DNA of 64,000 bases from the human T2T-CHM13v2.0 reference genome, Homo sapiens (GCF_009914755.1 NC_060940.1), one strand, 5' to 3'. Shown: positions 27,482 to 42,320, counted from the stretch's first letter. Numbers and translations are program-made. Notes: generated from the sequence alone by a model not told the origin.

Positions 27482-29274
27482 GAGTAAGTAAGACATTGAG
27501 TGGTGAAATATTAAGAGGCAATATGTTAAATATTCTCTCCAGATAACCAATAAACAGTTTAAAAAGGCAACCACTTACATAGTCTTCATACCCTATATTA
27601 ATATTTTATGTTTCTACAATTCAATTAAATAAATTATTAGTAAACTTCGATTAGCTACTGGGTGCTTTTAATGTGAGAAAACAGGTGTTCAATAATTCTA
27701 TTAATATTGTGGCATAGGTTCGTCAGTGTAGATATATGTAGGTGTTTACCATGTTTTTGTGGACTTTCTGAACTAAGTAGGCCTAAATCACTACTTGTTT
27801 GGTGTGACTAGAATCAAATGTAATTATACGTCTTATGGTAGATAAAAATAACACTGCGGGGAGGAAATAGGGATCATGGCGGCAGGAGGCAGGACTACAT
27901 TGCACCTCTGACTGGAACAAAGAGCATATGGAGGCTCGCATTATGAATTTTTGCTTCAGAATAACTGCAGGAATAAATCAGGAAAACTGAGAAGACCCAC
28001 AGACCTCATGAAGGAAGCATATTGCTCCTGCAGGACCAGGGAACACCTCAAATACTGTGAGTGCCCAAACTGTGAAGGTGGGAGGGGGAGATCATCCACA
28101 CATGAACACATACCCCCACTGGGGAAAATGAAGGCCTAGATTATGGGAGAAGATTTTGACCCTACCAGGAGCTGAGACAATTTAGAGAGCTGAGTGAAAT
28201 ACAAGGGTAGAGAAAGCAGCAGGAAAACCCCTGGTAGCTCACTGGGTTTCGTACCAACCTGTTTCTGCCTGGCCTCACAGGGGTCCTCTGGGAGGGCTCC
28301 AGAGGTGCTGGGCAAAGGCCAAAGGGAGAAAGAAATCTCCAGCTGAACCTTGCAACAACCTGAACTTATCAAGAAGCCTCCTGGCCGGAACTCAGGGGAG
28401 GGCATGAATCTGGTGTGCAGACTCCACTGGCTGGGCAAGAAGGAAAGCCATATTTGCTTTCACAGCTGGGAGGCGGGTATCCTGGGGCAAGCTCTCAGCC
28501 CTGCTTGCCCACTGCCTGGAAACAGACTCAGTGCTATTGTGGGGAACATGGTGGGAGTGAGACCAGCCCTTAGGATTGTGTGGGAGCTGGGTGAGGCCTG
28601 TGACTGCTGGCTTTCCCCCACTCCCCTGACAACCTGCATGACAAAGCAGAGGCAGCCATAATCCTCCTAGGAACATAACTCCATTGACTTGAGAATCTCA
28701 ACCCCATCTCCCATAGCAGCCACAGCAAGACCAGCCCAAGGACAGTCTGAGCTCAGACATGCCTAGCCCTGCCCCCACCCAGTGGTCCTTCCCTACCCAC
28801 CCTGGTAACTGAAGACAAAGGGCGGATAGTCTTGGGAATTCTAGGGCCCTGCCCACCACCTGTTCCTCCCCATACCACCACAGCTGATGCTCTCTGGAAA
28901 GCGCCACCTCGTGGCAGTAGGCCAAACAGCCCAAAAGTAGTGCATTAAACCACCCTAAGAACCCTCACGGAGTCCATTTCACCCCCCTGCCACCTCCACT
29001 GAAATAGGTGCTCGAATCCATGCCTCATAGACCCACAGAGTATTCACATCACAGGACTCTGTGCAGACAACCCCCAGTACCGGCTGAGAGTCTGGTAGAC
29101 TTGCTGGGTGGCTAGATCCAGAAGACAGATAACAATCACTACAGCTCAACTCCCATGAAACCACATCCATAGGAAAAGGGAGAGAGTACTACATCAAGGG
29201 AGCACCAAGTGGGACAAATGAATCTCAACAACAGCCTTCAGCCTTAGACCGTCCCTCTGACAGAGCCTACCCAA

Positions 29275-30300
29275 ATGAGAAGGACCCAGAAAACCAACTT
29301 TGGTAATATGACAAAACAAGGTTCTTTAACACCCACACAAAATTACACAGGCTCACCAGCAATGGACCCAAACCGAAAAGAAATCCCAGATTTACCTGAA
29401 AAAGAATTCAGGAGGTTAGTTATTAAGCTAATCAGGAGGCACCAGAGAAAGGTGAAGTCCAATGTATGGAAATCCAAAAAAATGATACGAGAAGTGAAGG
29501 GATAAATATTCAAGGAAATAGATAGCATAAATAAAATCAAACAAAAGTTCAGGAAACAACAGACACACTGGAAAGTCTCTGCAATATAATGGAACAAGAA
29601 GAAATAAATTCAGAGCTCAAAGACAAGGTCTTCCAATTGACCCAATCCAACAAAGACAAAGAAAAAAGAATAAGAAAATGTGAACAAAGCCTCCAAGACA
29701 TCTAGAATTATGTTAAATGACCAAACCTAGGAATAATCAGTGTTCCTGGGAAAGAAGACAAATCTGAAAGTTTGGAAAATGTATTTGGGGGAATAACTGA
29801 GGAAAACTTCCCTGGCCTTTCTAGAGACCTAGACATCCAAATACAAGAAGCACAAAGAACACCTTGGAAATTCATCACAAAAAGATGTTGGCATATTGTC
29901 ATCAGGTTATCTAAAGTTAAGATGAAGGAAAGAATCTTAAGTGCTGTGAGACAAAAGCACCAAGTAACCTATAAAGGAAAACTTATCAGATTAACAGCAG
30001 ATTTCTCAGCAGAAACCCTACAAGCTAGAAGGGATTGGGGCTCTATCCTCAGCCTCCTCAAAAAAAAATAATAATAATTCAGCCAAGAATTTTGTATTCA
30101 GCAAAGCTAAGCTTCATATATAAAGAAAAGATACAGTCTTTTTCAGACAAATGCTGAGAGAATTTGCCACTACCAAGCCACCACTCAAGAACTGCTAAAA
30201 GGAGCTATAAATCTTGAAACAAATCCTAGAAACACATCAGAACAGAACCTCTTTAAAGCATACATCTCACAGGACCTATAAAACAGAAATACAATTTAAA
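29275..30300 (+). pseudogene. Decayed L1 ORF1p with stops and frameshifts
   Basis: MRRTQKTNFGNMTKQGSLTP start; ENFPGLSRDLDIQIQEAQRTP motif. Confidence 0.88.
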
Positions 30301-30344
30301 AAATAAAAACAAAAAACCAAAGTATACGGGCAACAAAAAACACT

Positions 30345-32010
30345 ATGAATGCAACCGTACCTCACATCTCAATACTAACATTGAATGTAAATAGCCTAAA
30401 TACTCCACTTAAAAGATACGCAACTGCAGAATGGGTAAGAACTCACCAACCATCTGCTGCCTTCAAGAGACTCACCTAACATATAAGGGCTCACAGAAAC
30501 TTAAAGGGGTGGAAAAAAGACATTTCATGCAAATGGACACCAAAAGCAAGCAAAAGTAGCTGTACTTATATCAGACAAAACAAACTTTAAAGCAACAGCA
30601 GTTAAGAAAGACAAAAAGGGACATTATATAATGATAAAAGGCCTTGTCCAACAGGAAAATATCACAATCCTAAACATATATGCACCTAACACTGGAGCTC
30701 CCAAATTTATGAAAAAATTACTAAAAGACCTAAGAAATGAGATAGATAGCAACACCATAATAGTGACAAATTTTAATACTCCATTCTCAGCATTGTCATC
30801 AAGACGGAAAGTCAATAGAGAAACAATGGATTTAAACTATACCCTGGAACAAATGAACTTAACAGATCTATACAGAATATTCCATCCAACAACTGCAGAA
30901 TATGCATTCTGTTCAACAGTGCATGAAACTTTCTCCAAGACAGACCATAGGATAGGCCACAAAATGAGCCTCCATAAATTTAAGAAAATTGAAATTATAT
31001 CAAGCACTCTCTCAGACCACAGTAGAATAAGACTGAATATTAACTCGAAAAGCAATCTCCAAAATGATGCAAATACATAGAAATTAAATAACGTCCTCCT
31101 CAATTATAATTAGGTCCAAAATGAAATCAAGATGAAAATTAAAAAATTCTTCAAACTGAACAACAATAGTAACACAACCTATCAAAACCTCTGGGACGCA
31201 GCAAAGGCAGTGCCAAGAGGAAAGTTCATAGACCTAAACTCCTACATCAAAAAGTCTGAAAGAGCACAAACAGACAATCTAAAGTCACACCTGAAGGAAC
31301 CAGAGAAACAAGAACAAACCAAACTCAAACACAGAAGAAGAAAGGAAATAACCAAGATCAGAGCAGAACTAAATGAAATTGAAAAAAATAATCAATACAA
31401 AAGATAAATGAAACAAAAAGCTAGTTCTTTGAAAAGATAAATAAAATTGATAGATTATTAGCAAGATTAACCAAGAAAAAAGAGAGAAAATCCAAATAAG
31501 TTCAATAAGAAATGAAATGGGAGATAATACAACTGACACTACAGAAATGCAAAAGATTATTCAAGGCTACTATGAACACCTTTATGCACATAAACTAGAA
31601 AGCCTAAGGGAGATGGAAGAATTCTTGGAAAGATACAACTTTCCTAGCTTAAATCAGGAAGAATTAGATAACCTGAACAGACCAATAACAAGCAGTGAGA
31701 TTGGAATGGTAATTTAAAAATTACTAACAAAACAATGTCTAGGACCAGGCAGGTTCACAGCAGAATTCTACCAGACATTCAAAGAAGAATTGGTACCAAT
31801 CCTATTGACTCTATTCTACAAGATAGAGAAAGAGGGAACCCTCCCTAAATCATTCTGTGAAGCCAGTATCACCCTGGCACCAAAACCAGGAAAGGACATA
31901 ACCAAAAAAAAAAAAAAAAAAAAACACACACACACAAAAACTAAAGCCCAATATCCCCGATGAACATAGACGCTAAAATCCTTAACAAAATACTAGCTAA
32001 GTGAATCCAA
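30345..32010 (+). pseudogene. Decayed L1 ORF2p: APE endonuclease to start of RT
   Basis: ISILTLNVN start; ITILNIYAPNTGAP; SDH motif (LSDHSRI); [13 protein letters not shown]. Confidence 0.9.
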
Positions 32011-32067
32011 ATTCCCTAACATTGCATTTCTCCGAACACATACCCATCATTAAGGGACACATGGTTA
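32009..32067. mobile_element. Tigger3/Golem terminal fragment (TIR end)
   Basis: AAATTCCCTAACATTGCATTTCTCCGAACACATACCCATCATTAAGGGACACATGGTT resembles the Tigger3 end AAATCGCCTAACGACGCATTTCTCAGAACGTATCCCCGTCGTTAAGCGACGCATGACTG. Confidence 0.75.
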
Positions 32068-32477
32068 TATTAAAATAAGAAAACCTTAGTTTTGGGCATA
32101 TGTTTATGTGATTATGTGTAAATAATTTAAATATTTCTATCTCACTTTCCTTCCTTCAAATTTAGCGATTTCAAATAAAGGAACGTTTAAGTAAATTATG
32201 GTTTACTCACATATAAAACATATTTTATACTGATGCTAGTGAAGAGCTCATAAAAATCCACTTTATTAGTTTGAATTTAAAAACATAAATATATGTGTAC
32301 TTTCACTGGTAAATATTATAAAACATTAGCTATTATGTCATTGTATGATGGACTTATGGACTTTTTAAAATTATTTTTAAATACTCGAAGTAGAGTTTTT
32401 AATAAATATCCATTTTTAATTAATAAAGAATATTTTATTACTCAAATATAAATTTAAAATTTTCTATTAGAATTAGA

Positions 32478-32799
32478 GGCCGGGCGCGGTGGCTCACGCC
32501 TGTAATCTCAGCACTTTGGGAGGCGAGGTGGGCGGATCGCGAGGTGGGCGGATCACGAGGTGAGAAAATCGAGATCATCCTGGCTAACACGGTGAAAGCC
32601 CCTCTCTACTAAAAATACAAAAAATTAGGTGGGCGTGGAGGCAGGCGCCTGTAGTCCCAGCTACTCGGGAAACTGAGGCAGGAGAATGACGTGAACCCAG
32701 GAACCCGGGAGGCGGAGCTTGCAGTGAGCCAAGATCGCGCCACTGCACTCCAGCCTAGGCGACAGAGCGAGACTCCGTCTCAAAAAAAAAAAAAAAAAA
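32478..32799 (+). mobile_element. AluY with two internal tandem duplications
   Basis: CpG-rich; ATCCTGGCTAACACGG and GGCGGAGCTTGCAG are Y diagnostics; TSD ~AGAATT(A/T)GAG. Confidence 0.95.
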
Positions 32800-33419
32800 G
32801 AATTTGAGAGCTCAAGGGTACAATGAGGAAATTTTATTGTATTATACAAATAATCATAAAAAGTAATATAAACACAAATATTAAGGATTATCATAGAAAG
32901 GTATCTTTATTCATGTTGTCATAACCATTGTAATTTCCTGGAATTATATATTATCTCATGGAAGATATGGCCCTAAAATTAAAGCTCATAGACTTCAGGC
33001 TTCAAAATAGTATTGAGAGTATCATGAAGGCCAGAGGAAGTCATGGAGATTTTTTAATTAAAGTAATTAAAAATCCAGTTAATAAGCAGCTTCTTATTAC
33101 AAGAACATAGAGAAGAGATGATATCTTATAGCCACTATTTCTATTTCTATGTCACTCTACCTCTTTGAAGCTATATATATATACATAATTGAAAATTTGT
33201 TACTTATCACCCCAAACATCCAGAACATAGCTATTCTACTGCTTGAGGAAGTAAAGTTGGATGAAATTCAATAAATTTGCACAAATTGCTTGAGTTTTTC
33301 TGTATTCACATTTACAATAATGTCTTTTTCATATGGAAGATAATTCTAAGTATAAAACAGAGTTTTAATTTTATTTTAAATGTTTTAATTCTGAAGCATT
33401 TCAAATTAAAAAAAAATCT

Positions 33420-33744
33420 GTAACAGAGATAACCAGAAATATTACGCAAGTTACATATGTGCTTTCAAATTTTCAAATAGTCACACTTAATAAAAAGAAA
33501 CAAGTAAAATTACCTTTAATAAAATATTTTATTGATCCAATGTTAAAAAATTATAATTTTGACATTTTGAGTTTTCAACCATCTCCATCAATGTAAAACT
33601 ATTAAGATGTATCACATTTTTTGTATTAAGTCTTTGAAATCTGATGTGCATTTTACTCATATAATTTATCTCACTTTGGACTAGTCACATTTTATGTACT
33701 CAATAGTCGCACGTGGCTCATGACTACAATATTCACCAGCACAG
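33420..33744. mobile_element. MER33-like (hAT-Charlie)
   Basis: AAGTCTTTGAAATCTGATGTGCATTTTAC..TTTGGACTAGTCACATTT..CTCAATAGTCGCACGTGGCT. Confidence 0.8.
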
Positions 33745-33849
33745 AATAATACAAAGTCACAGTCTTCGTCCATCACACAGATTTTAAAAATAAATAAATA
33801 AATGTTATATAACAAATATATAATTTCATAGATATAATATAACAAATAT

Positions 33850-33858
33850 ATGTATATT

Positions 33859-33893
<35 letters not shown>

Positions 33894-34220
33894 GTTCTTG
33901 CTCTGTCACCTAAGCTGGAGTTCAATGTTGATCATAGCTCACTGCAGTCTTGAGACCCTGTGCTCAAGCTCACTGCATCACTGAACCATACCCCACTGCA
34001 ACATTGAACCCCTGTAATCAAGCATTCCTCCCATCTCAGCCTCCTGAGTAGCTAGGACTACAGGTGTGTGTCGCTACACCTGGCTAATTTTTTTTTTCTT
34101 GTATAGAAGGAGCGCCTCACTATGTTGTTCAAGTTGGTCTTGAACTCCTGGCCTCAAGCGATCCTCTCACCTCAGCCTCCTAGCATGTGAAATTATAGGT
34201 GTCAACTACCAAGCTCAGCC
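33850..34220 (-). mobile_element. AluJ with (TA)n(GA)n tail and internal repeats
   Basis: GATCATAGCTCACTGCAG, CTCCTGGCCTCAAGCGATCCTC (J-type). Confidence 0.88.
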
Positions 34221-34479
34221 TAAAATATTTTAATTATTTGAAGAAAAATATGTGGAGAAACAAATGGCAAAATATTAATACACTACATATAAAACGGAAG
34301 CCATCAACCACCTGGCTCTGGCGAGCACAACAAACTGCATTTTTATCTCATCCTTTCAGGAGTTAATAAGTACCTTGACATTCATGTACCCTTTCATTTT
34401 TTAAAAATATTCAGAATGTATTGTGGTCTTCTTTTAAATTTTAAGTGATATTGGCATTGCTATTCTTGTGGTGTTTAAG

Positions 34480-35070
34480 TAAGGATGATTTCACCTGTAA
34501 AGCTCAGAAAAGCTAAACTCTAGTTGGCTATTTCAGTAAGAGATTCTTCCCTCCGAAAAATTGTTCACATGGCTCGAAGTCCTAAGGTATGGCAAGGTTA
34601 AGTAGGTTTATTTAACAGCTCACTTTCATTTTCAGAACCACATTTTGTTTTCTCTTCTTTGAAGTCTAAAACGTTGATGACGTCTAAAGTGTTGCTGGCT
34701 GTGTCCTGAGTGAAGAAAGTACAATGGGTGTTGGCAGCTGAGCCTACAGCATCCCTTGTGAAGGTCTGACAGTTGAGGAAAGATAGCTTCTTGGGACTTT
34801 CAGCAGAGCAAGAACTCTTCCAGAATACTGCATGCAGTGCGCCCTATCTCTCATTTCATTTCCCACGATTTGCTCACATCAACTTTCTGAGCATATCATT
34901 GCCAAGCAGAAAGATTACACCCTTAGTTTGATCAAGTTCTTTTTGAGGCTGACAGGCATAAAAACAGGCGCATTGTTATTAATCGAGAGAGTGATGAAAG
35001 CAGTTCTGAGGAGGTAATGATAATGCCCACCACTATGTTTGTAATGACAGTCCAGACTTTCTACTTTTCA
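34480..35070 (-). mobile_element. Old MaLR (MLT1K/L-like) LTR remnant
   Basis: Weak similarity to antisense MLT1 (AAACTCTAGTTGGCT.., GAAACTCTTCCAGAA..). Confidence 0.35.
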
Positions 35071-38000
35071 ACCACCTGCATCAAAAGAATGGTGTATACT
35101 CATTCTCCAGTTGATAAAACAACAACAGAAATAAGCATTGTTTTCATACAACTCCCAGAAAACAGACAGCACTACATCTCTGTGAATCTATTATATAATT
35201 TCAGAGTAACCAGAATTCTACATAATAACAATTTAACCTTTGCGTTATCACACTTGATTAGGTTAAAAAAGACTTTAAAGAATGAATACTTAACTGCAGA
35301 GTCTTCTACAGTTTATCTTTTCAATCATTTTGTCTGAATTTATGCATTTCCATCTTTATGCCTTTGCTTATGCTATTTTCGCCCTCAATATCATTTGTTT
35401 GGTTTTATCAGAATTTTATAAGTACTTTGAGATCCAGGTAGAAGAACAGCTCCCTTAGGAAGATTTTTCAGTTGTAAACAATGAAATTTTTCTCCCAGAA
35501 CACATTGTTAATACTTCTTTTTTAATGGTTTACTATAATTTTGGGCAGAATGTGAAGTTGGGCATTTGAACTTTGAACATTTTCTAAATTTTCATACTAG
35601 AGAAATTGTCTCTTTTCTCAAGCTGCTACCTGTGAGATTATTTATATTTCAATCCACCATGTCTACTCAAACATGGTAAACTTCTACTAAATATCTTCTG
35701 AATAAATGGGGTTCAACATGAAGATGTAATGATCAACGGAATAAAATGACACTTCTCTCTCTCTCTCTCGCTGTCTCTCCATCTCTCATAAATGACAGGT
35801 AATCGCGGTAAAATCATGTGACCCAGACACGAACTGAGAGTTCCAGTTGCATTTGAATTTAGTGATACTTCTTATGGGTTATTTTCAGGAATCATTGAAA
35901 GTCATGATACTGCAACAAAAGCGCATGAAAGATCTAGTTTAAAGAAGGCCTGTGCATAATTTCTAAACTGGTTAGTCAGTTAATTAGCTTTTGAAATTTG
36001 GGAACCAGTGATAAAGTCCTGATAACTGATCATTTGAAGATTGAACTTTGAAATTTGGATTTATTTCACTGTTTAAGAGGGGAACCAACAAGAAAGGTAA
36101 CTAAAGAAGAAGGCAATGTGTTGAAGGTAACGTGTTGCTGCTCATTTTACCCCAACTGGCTTTAAAACAGATGTAGAAAATGGTATTAAAAATACTTTAT
36201 TGGCTTTCCATACCCTAACAGCCCAATTCACATCAAGCATTTCATTAACTAAGGCTGTGGTAGAAAAAAAGTCATTTAAAAAGGTAATTGTCTAATTTTG
36301 TTCTCTTGTCACAGAAGTTACAAAATATAATATTTAAATAACAGCACCTATATTGCTCTTAGTCTATCAAGTAATCATTATATAAAATATAAACTGACAG
36401 AAAAATAAAATTCGAATAATGCAATGTTTAAAATTTAAAGCATACGTCAAAAAAATACAGCATGCATTTTCAAAATAGTAACTAGCTTTTTAAAACATGT
36501 AAACAAAGAGCAAGTGGCAATGGGAGCGGATAACCAGCACTGAACCTTCGTTTTGGCCTAGGCCTTGGGCTGGCGTGATAGGCAAAACTTTTCTTAAGAG
36601 GAAGATAGCAAGTATTGCTGGCTTCTATCCAAACCACTCTTGCTCTGTTTACATTCTTTGCTCTTCAGCCCTCCCATTGCCAAAGTTTGCCATTTTGTTT
36701 TCCCCAGTCTGCAGTTAACCTCTTTGACACATAACTGGCATTTCCCAGTACCCAGGACCACAATTGGCTCACCAGAATTAGTGACAGTTGCCCTTCCTTA
36801 CTCCACCTGGAAACAGCACAATGAGTACATGCTTAGTGCAAATTAGATAACAGACACCCCTTTCTCGAGGTGAACCTAGCCCTGCTGTAAACCCTGTTTG
36901 ACCCATTTCCCAGGGTCCTTGGATAATGAACCATCTAAACATGTATATGACAACCTTACTAGTTGCTGATCTTTATCTATATTCCCCTTGCTGTACAATG
37001 TTAATTGTTCCTTTCGGAAAAGACACGCTCATAGATGAAATGTCTTCAGTTGCTGTTCTAGGCTAGCTATTGCACAGATATGCACATTTTTTTTCCTAAA
37101 TCATTTTTCCAAACCTGGCTCTCAAATGTTCTTCTTTCCTGCTTACATTCCCCTAAATACAAAATTCTATCCTCTAATTTCTCTATTTGCTCCATCTATT
37201 GAGTAAACGAGAGTATTTCCTATTGATGTCTTCATACAGAAGAAAATTCATAGAAATATTTATACCAAAATGTTAATAGTGTTTCTTTTGTTGGTGGCTT
37301 TTCTTATCAAATTTTTTTTTTAGTTTTTTTCTTTAATGGACATGTATAAATTATGTAATGCATTTACAAAAACGCTCCTCAGTTTAAGAAAGTAAATAAA
37401 TGATAATCATTTTTAAATGCTTACTGATCTCTTTAATTGTAAGACTCAAAAATTTAGAAGTAGGAGGTACAGCTGTTAAAATCACAAGTATGACCTCAGG
37501 CTATATCAACCTGAGCATGGAGTTGAGGTGCGCTCCAATAAAGGCATGGAAAAGAGGTTTAAAAAACATACATTATCCTAGTCAGAACTGAGGGAGTCAC
37601 ATAACCTGAGAAGAAAGAGAGGAATTATTTCTTTTTGGGCAGAATATTTATGTCTGCTGATATAACTTGGCCATTATCTAAACTACCACTCTGGTATTAC
37701 ATTGGACAAAAATTAATAAAATAGTTTTCTTATTACAACACTCTGTTGACAAAAAAAAATATTAAACAACAAAGAAACTGTCTTAACCCCCAATACTGAA
37801 TTGCATTTTTTTCCTCTGCTAGCTCTTAAAAATTAGAGATACTGAGGGGGAACAAATTCTCATAGATGGGTGACACTCTTAATCAGAGTCAAATCTTGGA
37901 AGCTGTTTCAAATTAACTCTTTTCACAGTTTTCAGCAGTTTTGTGTGGCATGCACATGCTTTGTCTAAGATTTTTATTATACATAATATTGTGTGGCTTG

Positions 38001-40931
38001 AAACACCACTTATTAAGTTCCTATGGTTTGCTGGATAATGTGGTGACTAACATTTCTGGAGGACCTCATAGGATAGTGGAGAAACAGACATGTAACTATG
38101 CCAATCATATTAACCACAGTAAATGCCATGACAGAGGAAATGAATAGGTCACACTGGAAGTCGAGAAAATGGTAGTCACAGTTCTTTCCTTAATACCACT
38201 TAAGCACTTGTGGGGAAGACGGGGATTAGACCCATGACAGCACAATCAGCTTCTGCATCTTTTGTGCTGAGATTACAGTGCAGTGCCATTGTTTCCTTGT
38301 ATCCTCATCCAAAGGCTCATGGCTAATTAATATGCTTGATTGAAAGGCAGCAAAAGCTTGTGCATGCATGCAATGGATAAAAGCCTAGTGTTGCTGAAAA
38401 CAAAACAAAATGAAGAAAAAAAACCAAACCAAATAAAATAAAATAAGAAAGAAAAGAAGGAAGAAAGGAAAAAAGAAATCAGAGCCTTACAGTGGACACA
38501 AAAGCTTAGCTCTGCAAGAATGTTAAACCCTATTTTATTTCTCTGTCACTGAATTTAAAATGAGATTGGAGAAGGACTGTAAGTGTTGAGAAGAGTGAAG
38601 CAATTTCAAGTGACAGAGTTCAAAAGAGGTGGTTATGCATTTCTAAATGGGTACTGAATCTCCTTTAGAGATATTTTGCACTTAGAAATAAAGAGTTCAG
38701 TTGAGACCGTCACCTAACTTTCTGGAAAAAAATGGCCTATGCAAATTGACCATATCTTTTACTGAAAGCTATGGTCATAGGAATTCCAGGTTTCATTCAT
38801 TTGACATTCCACAAATATTTATGGAATGTCTACAGTGTGCTAGGGGCAAGGAAAACAAAGCATAATATTTCAAAGGGATCTCTGTGTAATTAATGCCCCC
38901 AAATTGTATATGTTAATAAATAACCCTCAACAACTATAGACAAAAATGCTAATACTGATTTTAAATGTATATTTGCATATATGTGTGTATATATATTTAC
39001 CTATTATGTGTTATGTATTTATATGTTATATATCTCAGATAAAAGACTGGCCATATGACTTTATAAGCAATAATTTCCAGTAGAAAATAATGACACAAAT
39101 TGCTTATAGAAGGGTATGTAAAGAAAATCATGTGTTCTTTTGCCAACATCCCAGAACAGATGTTGTTTTGTACTATGACTTAATAACCTATTTAGTAATT
39201 GTGAGAGGTATATAGAAAAAAATGCCATGACTATGAAAGTAAATATAGAGAATTAACCTACAACTAAGCCCTCAATTATTAATCCCATTAAAAATTTTTG
39301 CCAACTGCAATTGTCTACTAAATTTTACTTTCATTTTACTCTCAAAATAGTATAGGGGTTAGGAAGAGTAAGCATTCTTATCAATATTTTACATAAATTT
39401 TGAGTTCAGAATGATAAGACGTTTATCATTATTTCTAACAAGCATTCTTGCCTCTTTGGGCTGGTACAAAAATCATCATTTTTTCTTTGGGATATCACCC
39501 CTACCTCATTCCTTTCCAACGTTCTTTCACTCATATATTATCTCTGTCCAAATGGTCCTTGTTTCATTGCCTTGTTTCAATTTTTGTCATTTACTTATTG
39601 ATGAATTAGAATATTTTATGCCCTGTCAACAATGATTGTGTCAGAGATAGGCATATAATGGACCACTCATGGTGTTCCATCACATTTATTACAGAGATAC
39701 TGTGAAAGAGGTCTTTATTTCAGGAATTTCAAACTCCAAGAACTAGATAAGTCAAAACCTGCCAGCAGAACACAATATCTGCAGAATGAATTTATACCAG
39801 TTGCAAGTGATACAACTGGTACTATTTCAAACATATAGAGATAATGCTTGCAAGTGGATCAGAACATGATATAGGAACACAATTTTGTACTGTTCATCTC
39901 TTAACTCTGCTTTTCTTTGTGCTGGATCTATTGTCAAGCAACTCTCCCTTTCTCCTTGGTGGCAAAATCACTGTCATCAGTTTTACACTTTTTATCCCAT
40001 TTTCTCAGCATCCCTCAAAGAAAGAACATATATCTTCCTAGCATTTTCAAGTTGGGCCTCAAAATTGAATCTCATAGCTCTGCCTTAGAAAACATTTTTA
40101 TTCCAGAACCAATCACTGTGGGTGAAGGCTTGAAATAACATATAGATTCACCATATTCAGATTAGGTGTCCACTCTTGATTCTGGAGTTTGAGTTCAACC
40201 TCACTCAAACCACATGGATGGTGGTAATTTCCTGATTCTAAAAATGGTGCCCTTTCCAGATAAAGGGAAAAGGGGTAGTGTCCTGACAGAAATAACTTAA
40301 GTCCATGTCAGAAACCAATTCAAAAAAGAAGTACGTAGAAAGAGATGCTGGATTTTGCAACAGGTGACCCTGGATTCAACTATGTTTAAAATTGTTTATG
40401 TGTCAATGAATACGATTTTCTTTGAGTTGATTTGAATCAGGTTTTTATCATCAGAAATCTAGAAGCTTCTTTGATGTGGGGCTGAAAAGGAGATACATGC
40501 CAATAGGGTACTTAGGTTCAGAGATGTAATTTATTTGTTTTTATTCATATAGAAAACCAGTGTTGTGGTTAGCCTTTGTTTTGCAATTTACTTTTGCTGC
40601 TCAATGTGCATCCTGCAGCTACCCCTAATTTTATTTTTACAAGTATTTTATATAACATTTTATTATATATATATATATTCAGTTTTTATTACATAGACTT
40701 ATATGGTTTACTCTTATATATTTTTTCTTTTTGAAATGATATCTGCCCCAATAAACTCATATTATGCTCTCTTCTGACTCATTTGACAGTAATATCCCAA
40801 ACTCAAACCCTAAAAATGGAGATAGTGAAGGAAAAGGGAAAAGACTTAAAAAAAACAACACTTTATTTCTTACATCAAAATTGCTACTTGGAAAAAATTG
40901 CATTTTTCTTTTTACTGAATACCCTTTCAAT

Positions 40932-41740
<809 letters not shown>

Positions 41741-41904
41741 AGTGTCAGGTATTTACCAATAGAGATGCAGGGAAAAAATTCTGCCTGTGTACAAATTCCA
41801 TGCCCTTAATACTTTTGTGAAAAAATCTCTTTAATTTAGTTTTTCTGTTAACTGGTGATATTTATTTTAAAACTACAAGTGGTAATTATTTCTTCAATAT
41901 TTGT

Positions 41905-41908
<4 letters not shown>

Positions 41909-41956
<48 letters not shown>
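41909..41956. repeat. Perfect (AT)24
   Basis: Directly visible. Confidence 0.97.
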
Positions 41957-41960
<4 letters not shown>

Positions 41961-42317
41961 AACTTTAAACAAATTCTGAAGACGCTAACTTGGTGTGCAA
42001 TGTCAGAAGGCCTCGCAACTCCTCTTTCTTGCTTTATTCAGGGCACAAAGCTTTTGGATACATGAAATGAGTCAACCTTTCAGATAAATTGCTGATGAAG
42101 GATATCTCAAATAAAGATGTTTTGAAAGCTTCAGCCATACCCTTGATTTCTTTACTGAGCTCAGGTTGTGTGAGTTCCCTGGGAGAATGGTGGGACAATT
42201 CTAATTCCCACCTTCAGAACATTACTATAGATGTCTCTTCATGTGGCTTCAAGTTAAAAGCCCAGTGAAGGCTGTTTAAGTTTCAAAGATTAAATGCAAA
42301 ACCTTCTCCATTAAGAA

Positions 42318-42320
<3 letters not shown>

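Larger units (their letters stand above)
27858..32010 (+). mobile_element. L1PB(a)-type LINE-1: intact 5'UTR, ORF1 and ORF2 N-terminal half; 3'-truncated
   Basis: 5' GGGATCATGGCGGCAGGAGGCAGGACT..; ORF1p fragments (29275, 29772 ORFs: IVIRLSKVKMKERIL..LIRLTADFSAETLQARRDW); ORF2p fragments (30631, 31132, 31517 ORFs); stops at CTAGCTAAGTGAATCCAA. Confidence 0.93.

Noticed and set aside
27860-29270. GC-rich region as a gene promoter or CpG island
   Set aside because: It is the CpG-depleted L1PB 5'UTR.
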